Assembly (NCBI GenBank): GCA_963665325.3
Contig: CAXXWS020000002.1
Span: forward strand, 352,001-416,000
DNA length: 64,000 nucleotides
Source of the DNA: Alphaproteobacteria bacterium
Lineage (GTDB): Bacteria > Pseudomonadota > Alphaproteobacteria > Bin95
Direction of reading: 5' to 3'
Under the pieces are notes generated by a model. The model saw only the letters and a program-made list of their open reading frames with translations, had not been told where the DNA came from and did no database searches. Positions within the stretch are counted from its first letter, which is position 1. Each line of letters opens with the position of its first letter. The translations under genes were made by a program, and so were the position numbers. Positions 26,278 through 37,350 of this stretch are shown here, piece by piece.

Positions 26278-27323
26278 TTTTGGGAAGAGTCCTCTTCTCG
26301 GTAGCGTGCGATCCGCCCGGCGATCTCCTCCTCGCTGAGGATGCCGAGCTCGACGATGTTGGCCTTGAGGGACAGCAGCCAGCGGTCATAGTAGCCGAGG
26401 CCGTCATAGAGTTCCTGCGGCAGGTCTTCCTGGCCGCGCCGGCTGCTGTCGCTGGTGAGGCGCGGATCGTAATCCTGCAGCAGGACCTTCATCGCATCCA
26501 CGCGCTTGCCGAGCGCGTCCGGCGGCGTCTCGTCGCGCTCGACCGGGCCGGCGTCGCGGCCACCGTAATCGCTGACGAGGCCGGGGGCGGGAGGGGAGGT
26601 TGCAGCCATCAGATAGTTCACCGAAAGATCGCGGGAGAGGGACCAGGCGCCGGAGAGCGGCGCATAGCTCATGCCCGAAACGGCGCCCGGACGCAAACCC
26701 GCCGCCCTGATTGCGCGAGCCAGTTCCGAGGGTTTCACGAATCGCCGGAAGCTGTGGGTGCCGGGCGGCACCCAGCGCAGCAGGTATTCCGCGCCGATCT
26801 TCGCCTTGAGCAGGCTCGCCGCCGTGCGGTTGAGGGTCGAGAACAGCATGACCCCGCCGGGCTTGAGCAAGGCCGCTGCCGCGCGCACGAAGGCGCCGGG
26901 GTCCGGGACATGCTCGACGAGCTCCAGCGCGAGAACGGCGTCGAAGCGTTCGCCGGCCAGCGATTCGACCGGGGCGCAGCGGTAGTCGATGTCTAGGCCG
27001 CCGGCCGCCGCATGGGCGCGCGCGATCTCCACGGTCTCCGGTTCGGCATCGATTGCGGTGACGTTCGCGCCAAGGCGCGAAAGCGGCTCCGCGACGAGGC
27101 CGCCGCCGCATCCGGCATCCAGCACGCCGAGGCCGGACAGGGAGCGCGGCGCCAGCGGGTCGCGGCCGAAGCGGTCGGCGATCCGGTCCCGCACCCAGCC
27201 GATCCTGACCGGGTTCATGGCGTGCAAGGGCCTGAACATGCCCTTCGGATCCCACCATTCATCCGCGATTGCGGCGAAACGCCGGGTTTCCTCCGCGTCC
27301 ACTGTCGCACCGGACTCTGTCAT
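26274..27323 (-). CDS. ubiG: Ubiquinone O-methyltransferase UbiG with C-terminal nitrile-hydratase-beta-like extension
   Basis: WWDPKG.F.PLH.MNP.R, LDAGCGGG, ALELVEHV, GTH..RFVKP, VNYL; then about 105 extra aa. Confidence 0.88.
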   Translation of the reverse strand: MTESGATVDAEETRRFAAIADEWWDPKGMFRPLHAMNPVRIGWVRDRIADRFGRDPLAPRSLSGLGVLDAGCGGGLVAEPLSRLGANVTAIDAEPETVEIARAHAAAGGLDIDYRCAPVESLAGERFDAVLALELVEHVPDPGAFVRAAAALLKPGGVMLFSTLNRTAASLLKAKIGAEYLLRWVPPGTHSFRRFVKPSELARAIRAAGLRPGAVSGMSYAPLSGAWSLSRDLSVNYLMAATSPPAPGLVSDYGGRDAGPVERDETPPDALGKRVDAMKVLLQDYDPRLTSDSSRRGQEDLPQELYDGLGYYDRWLLSLKANIVELGILSEEEIAGRIARYREEDSSQK

Positions 27324-27406
27324 CGCAACTTGTCCCGACCGGGAGGCCGGAATATGTTGCGCCTGCCCGCCGGCGGCAAGCCGTTGCAGGCAGTCGAAGG
27401 GTATTC

Positions 27407-28624
27407 ATGGCACGCCTTGTCCTGAAATTCGGCGGCACTTCCGTCGCTGACCGCGAGCATATCCGCAATGCGGCCGCGCGCGTCGCGCGCGAAGCGGCGG
27501 CCGGCCATGAGGTGGCCGTGGTGGTATCCGCGATGTCGGGCGTCACCAACGACCTCGTCGGGCAGGTCGCTACCGTCTCGCCGCTCTACGACCCGGCCGA
27601 GCATGACGCGGTCGTCGCCTCGGGCGAGCAGGTCACGAGCGGGCTGATGGCGCTTACCCTGCAGGAAATGGGCGTGCCGGCGCGTTCCTTCCAGGGCTGG
27701 CAACTGCCGATCCGGACCGACGGCACCCATGGCAGGGCGCGTATCCGGCATGTCGAAAGCGGAGCGTTGCGCTCGGCGGCCGCGGCCGGGCAGGTCGCCG
27801 TGGTGGCCGGCTTCCAGGGCCTGTCGCCGGACGGGAGGGTCACCACGCTCGGCCGCGGCGGCTCGGACACGACGGCGGTCGCGCTGGCCGCGGCCCTGGA
27901 GGCGGACCGCTGCGATATCTATACCGATGTGGACGGCGTCTATACCTGTGATCCCAGGGTTGTGCCGAGAGCGCGGAAGATCGACCGGATCGCGTTCGAG
28001 GAGATGCTGGAAATGGCGAGCCAGGGCGCCAGGGTCCTGCAGACGCGCTCGGTTGCCATGGCGATGCGGTGCGGCGTACGACTCCAGGTGGTGTCGAGTT
28101 TCGAGGATGTGCCGGGAACGATGATCGTTGGCGAGGATGAGATATTGGAAGAACAGGTCGTTACGGGAGTCGCGGTCTCGCAGGAGGATGCGAAGCTGAC
28201 GCTGGCGGGCGTCGAGGATCGTCCGGGCGTGGCGGCGGCCATCTTCGGGCCGCTTGCCGACGCCGAGATCAATGTCGATATGATCGTCCAGAACGTCGCC
28301 GACGGAGGCCAGCATACGGACATCACCTTCACGGTGCCGAAGCCCGACCTCGAGCGCGCCACCGCCTTGCTGAGGGGAGCCTCGCTTGCCTTCGACTCGC
28401 TCAAGCCCGATCCGAATGTCGCCAAGGTCTCGGTCGTCGGCGTCGGCATGCGCAGCCATGCCGGCGTCGCCCAGAGGATGTTCGCGACGCTGGCCGCGCG
28501 CGGGATCAATATCGAGGTGATTTCGACGTCCGAGATCAAGATCAGCGTGCTGATCGCCGAGGAATATGCGGAGCTGGCGGCGCGGGCGCTGCATACGGCC
28601 TATGGACTCGACCGCGACGATTGA
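27407..28624 (+). CDS. lysC: Aspartate kinase
   Basis: VLKFGGTSV, VVSAM, TTLGRGGSD, two ACT domains, STSEIKIS. Confidence 0.95.
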   Translation: MARLVLKFGGTSVADREHIRNAAARVAREAAAGHEVAVVVSAMSGVTNDLVGQVATVSPLYDPAEHDAVVASGEQVTSGLMALTLQEMGVPARSFQGWQLPIRTDGTHGRARIRHVESGALRSAAAAGQVAVVAGFQGLSPDGRVTTLGRGGSDTTAVALAAALEADRCDIYTDVDGVYTCDPRVVPRARKIDRIAFEEMLEMASQGARVLQTRSVAMAMRCGVRLQVVSSFEDVPGTMIVGEDEILEEQVVTGVAVSQEDAKLTLAGVEDRPGVAAAIFGPLADAEINVDMIVQNVADGGQHTDITFTVPKPDLERATALLRGASLAFDSLKPDPNVAKVSVVGVGMRSHAGVAQRMFATLAARGINIEVISTSEIKISVLIAEEYAELAARALHTAYGLDRDD

Positions 28625-28625
28625 G

Positions 28626-29642
28626 ATGGACGCGCGGAGCCAGCTCGACCGGCTCTGGGCTCGGGGACGGGAATTCCTCGGCTGCGATGTTGCCATCATG
28701 GGCGGCGCGATGACCTGGGTCTCCGAGCGGAACCTCGTCTCCGCGATTTCCGAGGCGGGGGCGTTCGGCGTTATCGCCTGCGGCGCGATGGAACCCGACC
28801 GGCTGGCGCTGGAGATCGCAGGCACAAGGGCGCTGACCGACAGGCCCTTCGGCGTCAACCTCATCACCATGCATCCGAAGCTGGACGCGCTGATCGATGT
28901 CTGCGGCGAGTTGGGGGTCAGCCACATCGTGCTGGCCGGAGGGATGCCCGGCCGCGCCGCCATGCGCCGGGTCAAGGGGTGGGGCGCCAGGCTCGTCTGC
29001 TTTGCTCCGGCGTTTGCGCTCGCCCGCAAGCTGATGCGGGACGGCGCCGACGCGCTGATCGTCGAAGGCGCGGAGGCGGGCGGGCATACGGGCCCCGTCG
29101 CGACTGCGGTGCTGGCCCAGGAGATCCTGCCCGAGATCCGCGATATCCCGGTTTTCGTCGCCGGGGGCATAGGGCGGGGAGAGGCGGTTCTTGCCTTTCT
29201 CGAGATGGGCGCCTCGGGCTGCCAGATCGGCACACGGTTCGCGGCTGCGGAGGAATCGATCGCCCATCCGCGGTTCAAGCAGGCATTCCTGCGCGGCGAG
29301 GCGCGGGACGCGGTGCTCTCGCAGCAGGTGGACCCGCGCTTCCCGGTGGTTCCGGTGCGCGCGCTCGCCAACGACGCGTCCCGCCGGTTCGGCGCCTTCC
29401 AGCACGAGGTCATCGCCCGCCACCGGGCCGGCGGGCTCAGCCTGAAGGAGGCCCAGCTCGAAATCGAACATTTCTGGGCCGGAGCATTGCGGCGCGCGGT
29501 CATCGAGGGGGATGTCGAGAACGGCTCGGTGATGGCGGGGCAGAGCGTCGGCATGGTTAAGCGGATCGAGCCGATATCGGCGATACTCGATGAGTTGTGC
29601 GGGCAAGCCTTCGCCATGCTTGCGGACCGGAGGCGTCTATGA
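28626..29642 (+). CDS. Nitronate monooxygenase / FabK-like flavin oxidoreductase
   Basis: GGAMTWVS, EGAEAGGH.G, VAGGIG.G, GCQIGTRF, MAGQSVG. Confidence 0.85.
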   Translation: MDARSQLDRLWARGREFLGCDVAIMGGAMTWVSERNLVSAISEAGAFGVIACGAMEPDRLALEIAGTRALTDRPFGVNLITMHPKLDALIDVCGELGVSHIVLAGGMPGRAAMRRVKGWGARLVCFAPAFALARKLMRDGADALIVEGAEAGGHTGPVATAVLAQEILPEIRDIPVFVAGGIGRGEAVLAFLEMGASGCQIGTRFAAAEESIAHPRFKQAFLRGEARDAVLSQQVDPRFPVVPVRALANDASRRFGAFQHEVIARHRAGGLSLKEAQLEIEHFWAGALRRAVIEGDVENGSVMAGQSVGMVKRIEPISAILDELCGQAFAMLADRRRL

Positions 29643-31897
29643 TGCAGGCTGGCGGGCCGGACGCCTCGCGCCTGTTGCTGCAGCGGGTCCGGGAGGTGGC
29701 GGCGACTGTTGTGGACAAGCAGGATCGCCTGGACGCGATCTCGACGGAGATCGCGGAGGTGATGGGCGCCGAGGTCTGTTCGATTTATGTCCGCCACGGC
29801 GACAGCCGCTTGTTGTTGACGGCGACCAGGGGCCTCAACGTGCAGGCGGTCCACAATACGACCCTCGCGGTTGGCGAAGGCCTGGTCGGCCTGGTGGCGG
29901 AGAGCGCCCGGCCGGTGAACCTGCCCGAAGCGTCGGCGCACGAGAACTTCGCTTACCGGCCCGAGACCGGCGAGGAAGCGTTCCACTCGTTTGTCGGAGT
30001 GCCGCTGCTTCGCGGCGGGCTGGTTATCGGCGTGCTGACCGTGCAGAACGTCCGGCCCAGGGTCTATGCCAGGGACGAGATTGATGCTCTCCAGACCGTG
30101 GCCATGCTCGTTGCGGAAGTGGCGGCGGCCCACGAACCCCCGAGCGACGACATCGGCGAGGACCCGCGTCCGGTGCGCCTGGAAGGCAGGGTGTTGAACG
30201 CGGGAGTCGCGCTTGGTGCGGCCTACATGCACGAGGCGAGGTTGCCTGTGCAGAACATGGTCTCCGGGGGTGACCCGGCCGGGGAGATCGCCCGGGTCGA
30301 CGAGGCGCTGGAAGAGATGCACAGGGCGCTCGACGACCGTTTCCACGCAGCAGACCTTGCAGGGGAAGGCGAGCACCGGGAGGTGTTGCAGGCCTACCGG
30401 ATGTTCGCCGAAGACCGCGGTTGGCTCTCGCGGATTCGCGAAGCCGTGCGCGGCGGATTGAGCGCCGAGGGTGCGGTGGTGCGCATTCAGGAACAGATGC
30501 GCGCCCGCATGCGACAACTGCGCGATCCGTTCTTCCGCGAACGCCTGCACGATCTCGACGATCTCAGCAATCGTTTGGTGCAGCACCTGGCCGGAGAGGC
30601 CGGGCGCATGCAAAAGGACGAGCTTCCTGCCGACGCGGTCGTGGTTGCCCGCAATATGGGTCCGGCCGAGTTGCTCGACTATCCCCGCGAGAGGCTCCGC
30701 GCCCTGCTTCTGGAAGAGGGGTCGCATACGGCGCATGTCGTTATTGTGGCGCGCGCACTCGACATTCCGGTGCTGGGCGACCTGAAGGACATCGCCGCGA
30801 TTGCCGAAGCCGGCGACCGCGTCGCCGTGGACGGCGAGAACGGACAGGTATTCATCCGGCCCGGCGCCCAGGTCGAGCAGAATTTCCTCCACGCCATGCA
30901 GATGCGGGATGAGCGGCGCGCGCAGTTCGCCGTCCTCCGCGACAAGGCGGCCCGTTCCGTCGACGGGGTCGAGGTATCGCTCAACATCAATGCGGGTCTG
31001 CTGATTGACATTCAGCAGGTCGCCGCGGTCGGCGCCGACGGCGTCGGTCTCTACCGGACGGAGATTCCCTTCATGGTCCGGTCGCGCTTCCCCGACGTGG
31101 AGGACCAGCAGCGCCTGTACAGCCGGGCCCTGGACCTGTCGGAGGGGCGGCCGCTGGTCTTCCGGACGCTGGACATCGGCGGCGACAAGGTTCTGCCGTA
31201 CTGGCGGCTGGCCGAGGAAGAGAACCCGGCAATGGGCTGGCGGGCCCTGAGACTGACCCTGGACCGGCCGCAAATGCTCCGCCAGCAGCTTCGGGCGATG
31301 GTGCGGGCGGCTGCCGGGCGCGATTTGCATGTCATGTTTCCGATGGTGGCCGAAGTCTCCGAATTCGAACGCGCAAAGGCGGTCCTCAACGCCGAAATCG
31401 AACGGGAGAGGAATCGGGGGCGGGATGTGCCGGCCTCGGTCTTCGCCGGTACGATGCTCGAGGTGCCGGCGCTGGTCTGGCAATTGCCGGCCCTGTTGCA
31501 GATCACGGATTTCATTTCCGTTGGAAGCAACGACCTGCTGCAGTTCTTTTTCGCTGCCGACCGCGCGAATCCGAGGGTGGCAGCGCGCTACGACCTGCTT
31601 TCGCCGGCCGTGCTGGCGTTTTTTGCGCACATAGTGGACAGCGCCGAAGGCGCAAATCGGCCGATTGCGTTCTGCGGAGAGATGGCCGGGGGCGTGTTGG
31701 AGGCGATGACGCTGATCGGCCTGGGATTCCGGAAGCTGTCCGTGGCCCCCGCTTCGGTAGGGCCGGTCAAGGCCATGTTGCGGTCAACCGAGGTCGCGCC
31801 GCTAGCGGACTATGTTCGTTCACTCGTGGGCCTTCCGGATCGCACCGTGCGAGATAAATTGCGGGCCTACGCGCTCGACCACGATATTCCGCTGTGA
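29639..31897 (+). CDS. ptsP: PEP-protein phosphotransferase EI-Ntr with N-terminal GAF
   Basis: GEGLVG GAF domain, GSHTAHV phospho-His, GLYRTE, RTLDIGGDK, SVGSNDL, CGEMAG. Confidence 0.95.
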   Translation: MMQAGGPDASRLLLQRVREVAATVVDKQDRLDAISTEIAEVMGAEVCSIYVRHGDSRLLLTATRGLNVQAVHNTTLAVGEGLVGLVAESARPVNLPEASAHENFAYRPETGEEAFHSFVGVPLLRGGLVIGVLTVQNVRPRVYARDEIDALQTVAMLVAEVAAAHEPPSDDIGEDPRPVRLEGRVLNAGVALGAAYMHEARLPVQNMVSGGDPAGEIARVDEALEEMHRALDDRFHAADLAGEGEHREVLQAYRMFAEDRGWLSRIREAVRGGLSAEGAVVRIQEQMRARMRQLRDPFFRERLHDLDDLSNRLVQHLAGEAGRMQKDELPADAVVVARNMGPAELLDYPRERLRALLLEEGSHTAHVVIVARALDIPVLGDLKDIAAIAEAGDRVAVDGENGQVFIRPGAQVEQNFLHAMQMRDERRAQFAVLRDKAARSVDGVEVSLNINAGLLIDIQQVAAVGADGVGLYRTEIPFMVRSRFPDVEDQQRLYSRALDLSEGRPLVFRTLDIGGDKVLPYWRLAEEENPAMGWRALRLTLDRPQMLRQQLRAMVRAAAGRDLHVMFPMVAEVSEFERAKAVLNAEIERERNRGRDVPASVFAGTMLEVPALVWQLPALLQITDFISVGSNDLLQFFFAADRANPRVAARYDLLSPAVLAFFAHIVDSAEGANRPIAFCGEMAGGVLEAMTLIGLGFRKLSVAPASVGPVKAMLRSTEVAPLADYVRSLVGLPDRTVRDKLRAYALDHDIPL

Positions 31898-31971
31898 ATG
31901 TGGATTTGGCGCTTGATTTATTGCGGCGCTGTCTGACATAATTCGTAAACGGAAAGGATGTTCGCGCGCCG

Positions 31972-33054
31972 ATGCAAAGTTCAGGTGGATGGCATGCGCG
32001 TTTTCGTGCAATTCGCATCCGGGCGAGAGGACGGCGTAACTCGTCATCGGCAGTATATGAACCTCTGAATGAGGAAACTGTAGGCGCATTTCTGCGCCGC
32101 TGCCGGGAGATGCGGCACGAAACGCTGAGCCATGTCTCTCAGGCGTTGCGTATACGTACGCCCTATCTTAAGGCCATCGAAGAAGGCGAGTGGCATGCGC
32201 TGCCGAATTCGGTTTATGCGCGGGCTTTCTTGCGCAGTTACGCTCTTCATGTGGAGGCGGACCCGGAACAAGTGTTGAAGCGAGCGGAAGCGGCGCTCGA
32301 TTCGAGGCCCGGGCCCGACACGCCGTTGCCGCCATTGCCTGCGCGGGACCGGTCCCTTCCCGGTGGCGCGCTTGTCGGCGCTTCGGTGCTGCTTGCGATC
32401 GCCGCCTATGCGGGCTGGTATTACTTCAGCGTACAGCAACTGCGCGACGAGCGGGTGGTCGCCGCGTTGCCGGACCGGCTGCTGACGGAACTCGCGCCTG
32501 CGGAGCGCGCGCTACCCGTGTCGCCGCCGCCAGGCGTCGGTTTGCCGGTAACGACGGGCGAATGGCCCCGGTCAATGGAACGGCCGTCGGAGACGGATCG
32601 CGAGTCGGTGGGGGCAGGAGATGCCGACGGAAGTGTAGCGTCCGAGCCGGTCGAACCCGACATACCGGATCGCAGCGAGGTTCGACCGGGTCTGCCAGCC
32701 ATCGCTGCGCCGATTCCGGAGGAGAGGTTCGGACGGGATCGTACAGCCGGGGTGAGCGAGAACGGCGATATCGTCTCTGCTCCTGAGGGTGTGGTGTTCT
32801 TCGCCGTCGAGCCGACCTATATAGAAGTCCGCTCTGTGGAGACGGACGAGGTGCTGCTGGGACAGCTGCTGCAAGCCGGCGAACGGTATCGGCCTCCGGA
32901 CCGTCGGGGTCTCGTGCTGAGCGTCGGGAATGCCGGCGGACTGGAAATCACGGTCGACGGAGTTCCAATTCCGCGATTGGGCGCGACGGGTGCTGTCATG
33001 CGGCATATTCCGATCGATGGCGACTTACTGCTGCGGGGTCGGACCGGAGGCTGA
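31972..33054 (+). CDS. rodZ: RodZ-like protein (HTH, TM, DUF4115); start uncertain
   Basis: L.IR..YL.AIEEG, Y.RAFLRSYA, TM segment, VGNAGG; directly upstream of ispG. Confidence 0.75.
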   Translation: MQSSGGWHARFRAIRIRARGRRNSSSAVYEPLNEETVGAFLRRCREMRHETLSHVSQALRIRTPYLKAIEEGEWHALPNSVYARAFLRSYALHVEADPEQVLKRAEAALDSRPGPDTPLPPLPARDRSLPGGALVGASVLLAIAAYAGWYYFSVQQLRDERVVAALPDRLLTELAPAERALPVSPPPGVGLPVTTGEWPRSMERPSETDRESVGAGDADGSVASEPVEPDIPDRSEVRPGLPAIAAPIPEERFGRDRTAGVSENGDIVSAPEGVVFFAVEPTYIEVRSVETDEVLLGQLLQAGERYRPPDRRGLVLSVGNAGGLEITVDGVPIPRLGATGAVMRHIPIDGDLLLRGRTGG

Positions 33055-33113
33055 CAAGGGCCGTTTCAAATCGGGGAGCGGTCCCGTAAAGACAGGCATC
33101 CGGAAGGTGCTTC

Positions 33114-34229
33114 ATGAGCGTTCGTCCATATCGAGACATATATCGTCGGGCTTCCCGGAAAATCCGGGTCGGATCGGTCGAGGTCGGCGGGGACGCCCCG
33201 ATCAGCGTCCAGACCATGACCAACACGCCCACCGGTGATGTCGCCGCGACGATCGCGCAGGTGCGCAGGGCGGCGCTCGCGGGCGCGGACATCGTCAGGG
33301 TGTCCTGCCCCGACGAGGAGAGCACCGCGGCGCTCGCGGAGATCGTGCCGGAAGCCGGCGTTCCCATCGTCGCCGACATCCACTTCCACTACCGCCGGGC
33401 CATCGAGGCGGCGAAGGCGGGAGCGGCCTGCCTGCGCATCAACCCCGGCAATATCGGCTCGGCCGCGCGCGTGCGCGAGGTGGTGCAGGCGGCCAAAGAC
33501 CACGAATGCTCGATGCGGATCGGCGTGAATGGCGGCAGCCTTGAACGCCACCTGCTCGAGAAATACGGAGAGCCCTGTCCGGAAGCGCTGGTCGAGAGCG
33601 CGCTGGAACATGCCCGCATTCTGGAAGACAACGACTTCTTCGAGTTCAAGATAAGCGTCAAGGCATCTGACATCTTCCTGGCGACGGCGGCCTATCACGG
33701 ACTTGCGGAAGCCTGCGACTATCCCCTGCATGTCGGCATTACCGAGGCGGGCGGCCTGCGCACCGGGACGGTCAAGTCGGCGATTGGGCTGGGCTCGCTG
33801 CTATGGGCGGGGATCGGGGATACCGTGCGGGTGTCGCTGTCGGCAGATCCGGACGAGGAGGTTCGCGCCGGATTCGAAATCCTCAAGGCGCTCGGCCTGC
33901 GCCACCGCGGCGTCAATATCGTGTCCTGTCCGTCCTGCGCCCGGCAGCAGTTCGAGGTCATCGAGACGGTGTCGGTGCTGGAAGAGAGGCTTGCCCATAT
34001 CACAACGCCGATGACCGTTTCGGTTATCGGCTGCGTCGTCAACGGTCCGGGCGAGGCGCGTGAAACGGATATCGGCATCACCGGCGGCGGCAAGGGCACG
34101 CATATGGTCTATGTGGCCGGCCTGCCGCATCACCGCATCCAGAACACCGATATCGTGGACCACCTCGTTGGGCTCATCGAGGAAAAGGCCCGGGAAATCG
34201 AAGCCGAGCAGGCGCAAGAGGCGGCCTGA
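33114..34229 (+). CDS. ispG: HMBPP synthase
   Basis: [34 protein letters not shown]. Confidence 0.96.
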   Translation: MSVRPYRDIYRRASRKIRVGSVEVGGDAPISVQTMTNTPTGDVAATIAQVRRAALAGADIVRVSCPDEESTAALAEIVPEAGVPIVADIHFHYRRAIEAAKAGAACLRINPGNIGSAARVREVVQAAKDHECSMRIGVNGGSLERHLLEKYGEPCPEALVESALEHARILEDNDFFEFKISVKASDIFLATAAYHGLAEACDYPLHVGITEAGGLRTGTVKSAIGLGSLLWAGIGDTVRVSLSADPDEEVRAGFEILKALGLRHRGVNIVSCPSCARQQFEVIETVSVLEERLAHITTPMTVSVIGCVVNGPGEARETDIGITGGGKGTHMVYVAGLPHHRIQNTDIVDHLVGLIEEKAREIEAEQAQEAA

Positions 34230-35467
34230 TGGCGAAGCTTCGTGCCGTTCGCGGCACCCAGGACCTGCTGCCGGATGCGTGGGCGCGCCACCGCCATGTC
34301 GAGGAGACGGCGCGGCGCGTCACGGCCCTGTTCAATTACCGCAGCGTGGCGACGCCGGTCTTCGAGTTCACGGAGGTTTTCGCACGCACGCTCGGCGAGA
34401 CGTCCGATGTCGTCACCAAGGAGATGTACACCTTCGCCGACAAGGGCGGCGACAGCCTGACGCTTCGCCCGGAGAACACGGCAGGCGTGGCGCGCGCGTT
34501 CATCTCCGGCAATCTCCAGCAGCAATTGCCGCTCAAATATTTCTACAGCGGGCCGATGTTCCGCCATGAGCGCCCGCAGAAGGGGCGGCTGCGCCAGTTC
34601 CACCAGATCGGCATCGAAGTGCTGGGAGTCGCGGGGCCTGCCGCAGATATCGAGGTCATCCAGGCGGGGGCGCATGTGCTCGACGCGCTCGGGGTTCGGG
34701 ACCTGACCCGCCTGGAGCTGAACACGCTCGGCGATCAGGATAGCCGGACGGCGTATCGCGAGGCGCTGGTCGCGTATTACACCCGCCGCGAATCGGAGCT
34801 TTCGGAGGAGGGGCGGAGCCGCCTGCAGCGCAATCCGTTGCGCCTGCTCGATTCGAAGGACGAACGCGATACGGCCGTTTCCGCGGATGCGCCCCGCTAT
34901 GACGACTATCTGAACGGGCTGTCCACGGAATTCTTCGCCGAGGTCTGCGAAGGGCTGGATGCGCTCGGCATCGTCTATGTCCGCAATCCGCGCCTCGTGC
35001 GGGGGCTCGACTATTACGGGCACACAGCCTTCGAGTTCACCACCGACGCCCTCGGCGCCCAGGGCGCGGTTATTGCGGGCGGGCGGTATGACGGCCTGGT
35101 CGCCACGATGGGCGGCCCACCGACGCCGGGCATTGGCTGGGCCGGCGGTATCGAGCGGCTGGCGATGTTGACGACCGACTATCCGGAAGCATCCCCGGTC
35201 GTTTCGCTCGTGCCGGTCGGGCCAGCGGCTGAAAAGCAGGCGTTGCCGCTTGCCGATTCGCTGCGGCGGGCCGGGATAGCCGTCGATCTGGGCTTGTCCG
35301 GGAACCTCAAGCGCCGCATGCAGCAGGCGAACCGGATCGGCGCCCGGGCGGCGGTATTGCTGGGCGAAGACGAACTTGCCAAAGCTGTTGCGACCGTGCG
35401 CGACATGGAGAGCGGGGAGCAGCGCGAAGTCCCGATAGACCGGCTGGCGGCTGCGCTGGCTCCATGA
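34229..35467 (+). CDS. hisS: Histidine-tRNA ligase
   Basis: [37 protein letters not shown]. Confidence 0.96.
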   Translation: MAKLRAVRGTQDLLPDAWARHRHVEETARRVTALFNYRSVATPVFEFTEVFARTLGETSDVVTKEMYTFADKGGDSLTLRPENTAGVARAFISGNLQQQLPLKYFYSGPMFRHERPQKGRLRQFHQIGIEVLGVAGPAADIEVIQAGAHVLDALGVRDLTRLELNTLGDQDSRTAYREALVAYYTRRESELSEEGRSRLQRNPLRLLDSKDERDTAVSADAPRYDDYLNGLSTEFFAEVCEGLDALGIVYVRNPRLVRGLDYYGHTAFEFTTDALGAQGAVIAGGRYDGLVATMGGPPTPGIGWAGGIERLAMLTTDYPEASPVVSLVPVGPAAEKQALPLADSLRRAGIAVDLGLSGNLKRRMQQANRIGARAAVLLGEDELAKAVATVRDMESGEQREVPIDRLAAALAP

Positions 35468-36522
35468 GCCTCGACGACAAGCTCGACGCCATTCTCGCCC
35501 GCCATGCGGAGGTCAGCGCGCGCCTCTCGACGGGCGAGGTGCCTTCCGGCGAGCTTGCGGCCCTGTCGAAGGAATATTCCGACCTTTCGACCGTCGCGGC
35601 CGCGATCGGGTTGCGCCGGGAGCTGGAGCGCGAGGCGGCTGACCTCGAGGCGATGCTGGAAGACGACGAGCTCGGCGAGCTGGCGGCTTCGGAACTGCCG
35701 GAGCTGCGCGACCGGCTGGCGGAGGCCGAACGCGCGCTCCAAGTGCTGTTGCTGCCCCGCGACGAGGCCGATGAGCGCAGCGCCATTGTCGAAGTGCGCG
35801 CGGGTACCGGCGGTGACGAGGCGGCACTCTTCGCCGGCAATCTGCTGGCAATGTATCGCCGCTATGCTGAGATGCGCCGTTGGAAGGTGGAGATGTTGTC
35901 GTTCTCGCAAACGCCGCTCGGCGGCTGCAAGGAAGCGGTGATGTCCGTTGCAGGAAAGGACGTGTTTGCACGACTAAAATTCGAATCCGGCACGCATCGC
36001 GTCCAGCGGGTGCCGGAGACGGAGAGCCAGGGCCGCATCCACACTTCCGCCGCCACGGTGGCGGTGCTGCCGGAGGCCGAGGAGGTCGATGTCAGCATCG
36101 ACGAAAAGGACCTGAAAATCGACACCTACCGGGCCCAGGGCGCCGGCGGGCAGCATGTCAACACGACCGATTCGGCCGTGCGGATCACTCACCTGCCTAC
36201 CGGTATCGTCGTGCAGCAGCAGGACGAGAAGTCCCAGCACAAGAACCGCGCCCGGGCGATGAAGGTGCTACGTGCCCGCCTCTACGAGCATGAGCGCGCC
36301 CAGGCCGAGGCCGAGCGGGCGGCGGAGCGGCGCAGCCAGGTCGGCACGGGCGACCGCTCGCAACGCATCCGCACATATAATTTCCCTCAGGGGCGCGTGA
36401 CCGACCACCGGATCAACCTCACGCTCTACAAGCTCGAACGGGTCATCCAGGGCGAGCTGGACGAGCTGATAGAAGCGCTTGCGGCCGAGGACGAGGCGGC
36501 CCGCATTGCGCAATTGTCGTGA
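35464..36522 (+). CDS. prfA: Peptide chain release factor 1
   Basis: PxT motif (VPETE), [17 protein letters not shown]. Confidence 0.96.
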   Translation: MSLDDKLDAILARHAEVSARLSTGEVPSGELAALSKEYSDLSTVAAAIGLRRELEREAADLEAMLEDDELGELAASELPELRDRLAEAERALQVLLLPRDEADERSAIVEVRAGTGGDEAALFAGNLLAMYRRYAEMRRWKVEMLSFSQTPLGGCKEAVMSVAGKDVFARLKFESGTHRVQRVPETESQGRIHTSAATVAVLPEAEEVDVSIDEKDLKIDTYRAQGAGGQHVNTTDSAVRITHLPTGIVVQQQDEKSQHKNRARAMKVLRARLYEHERAQAEAERAAERRSQVGTGDRSQRIRTYNFPQGRVTDHRINLTLYKLERVIQGELDELIEALAAEDEAARIAQLS

Positions 36523-37340
36523 GCGTCGCGCCCGCGGAAGGCCGCGTCCGGCTGGCGGCGTTGGCGGAACGCTTGGCGGCGGCGGGAATCGCCGAGCCTC
36601 GGCGCGAGTTGCGGTTGCTCCAGATCGAGGCGGGCGGCACAAGCTCGCTTGCGGATTGGCTCGACAGGCCGCATTCCGGTCTGGAAGCTCTGGCGAACCG
36701 GCGGGCGGCCCGTGAACCCCTCTCCCGCATCGTTGGCCGGCGGGAGTTCTGGAGCCGCGACTTCCTGTTGACGCCGGAGGTCCTCGACCCCCGCCCGGAC
36801 AGCGAGACGGTGATCGAGGCGGCGCTGGCGGCCATGCCGTCCTTTCGCACCGTGCTGGACCTCGGCACGGGCAGCGGCTGCCTGCTGGCGGCGTTGCTGG
36901 CCGAGCGGCCGGCGGCTCAGGGGCTCGGCATCGACCGTTCGCTCGGCGCCTGCCGGGCGGCGCGCCGGAACCTGGCGGACCTGCCGGCCACGGTCGCGGC
37001 AGGAGACTGGGGGCGCGCGGTCGGGGGGCGGTTCGACCTCGTGGTCTCGAACCCGCCCTATATCCCGAGTGCCGAAATCGCGGGGCTCATGCCGGAAGTC
37101 CGGAACCATGATCCCCGGCTTGCGCTGGACGGCGGTGCAGATGGATTCGACGCTTACCGCGCCATTCTGGGGGACCTGCCGCGGTTGTTGTCTCCCGGTG
37201 GAATCGCCGTGCTGGAGCTGGGTTTCGGACAGGCCGAAGCCGTTGCCGCGCTCGCCGAAGGTGTCGGTCTTCGCGTCGAGGAAATCCGCCCCGACCTCGG
37301 CGGGATTCCCCGTGCCATGGTCCTCCGATCGCAGCTATGA
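36519..37340 (+). CDS. prmC: Release factor glutamine methyltransferase
   Basis: [19 protein letters not shown]; follows prfA. Confidence 0.93.
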   Translation: MSVAPAEGRVRLAALAERLAAAGIAEPRRELRLLQIEAGGTSSLADWLDRPHSGLEALANRRAAREPLSRIVGRREFWSRDFLLTPEVLDPRPDSETVIEAALAAMPSFRTVLDLGTGSGCLLAALLAERPAAQGLGIDRSLGACRAARRNLADLPATVAAGDWGRAVGGRFDLVVSNPPYIPSAEIAGLMPEVRNHDPRLALDGGADGFDAYRAILGDLPRLLSPGGIAVLELGFGQAEAVAALAEGVGLRVEEIRPDLGGIPRAMVLRSQL

Positions 37341-37350
37341 TCGGATGACG

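Noticed and set aside
27320-31630. 1436-aa minus-strand ORF
   Set aside because: Antisense shadow of lysC, the flavin oxidoreductase and ptsP; expected in high-GC DNA; no motifs.
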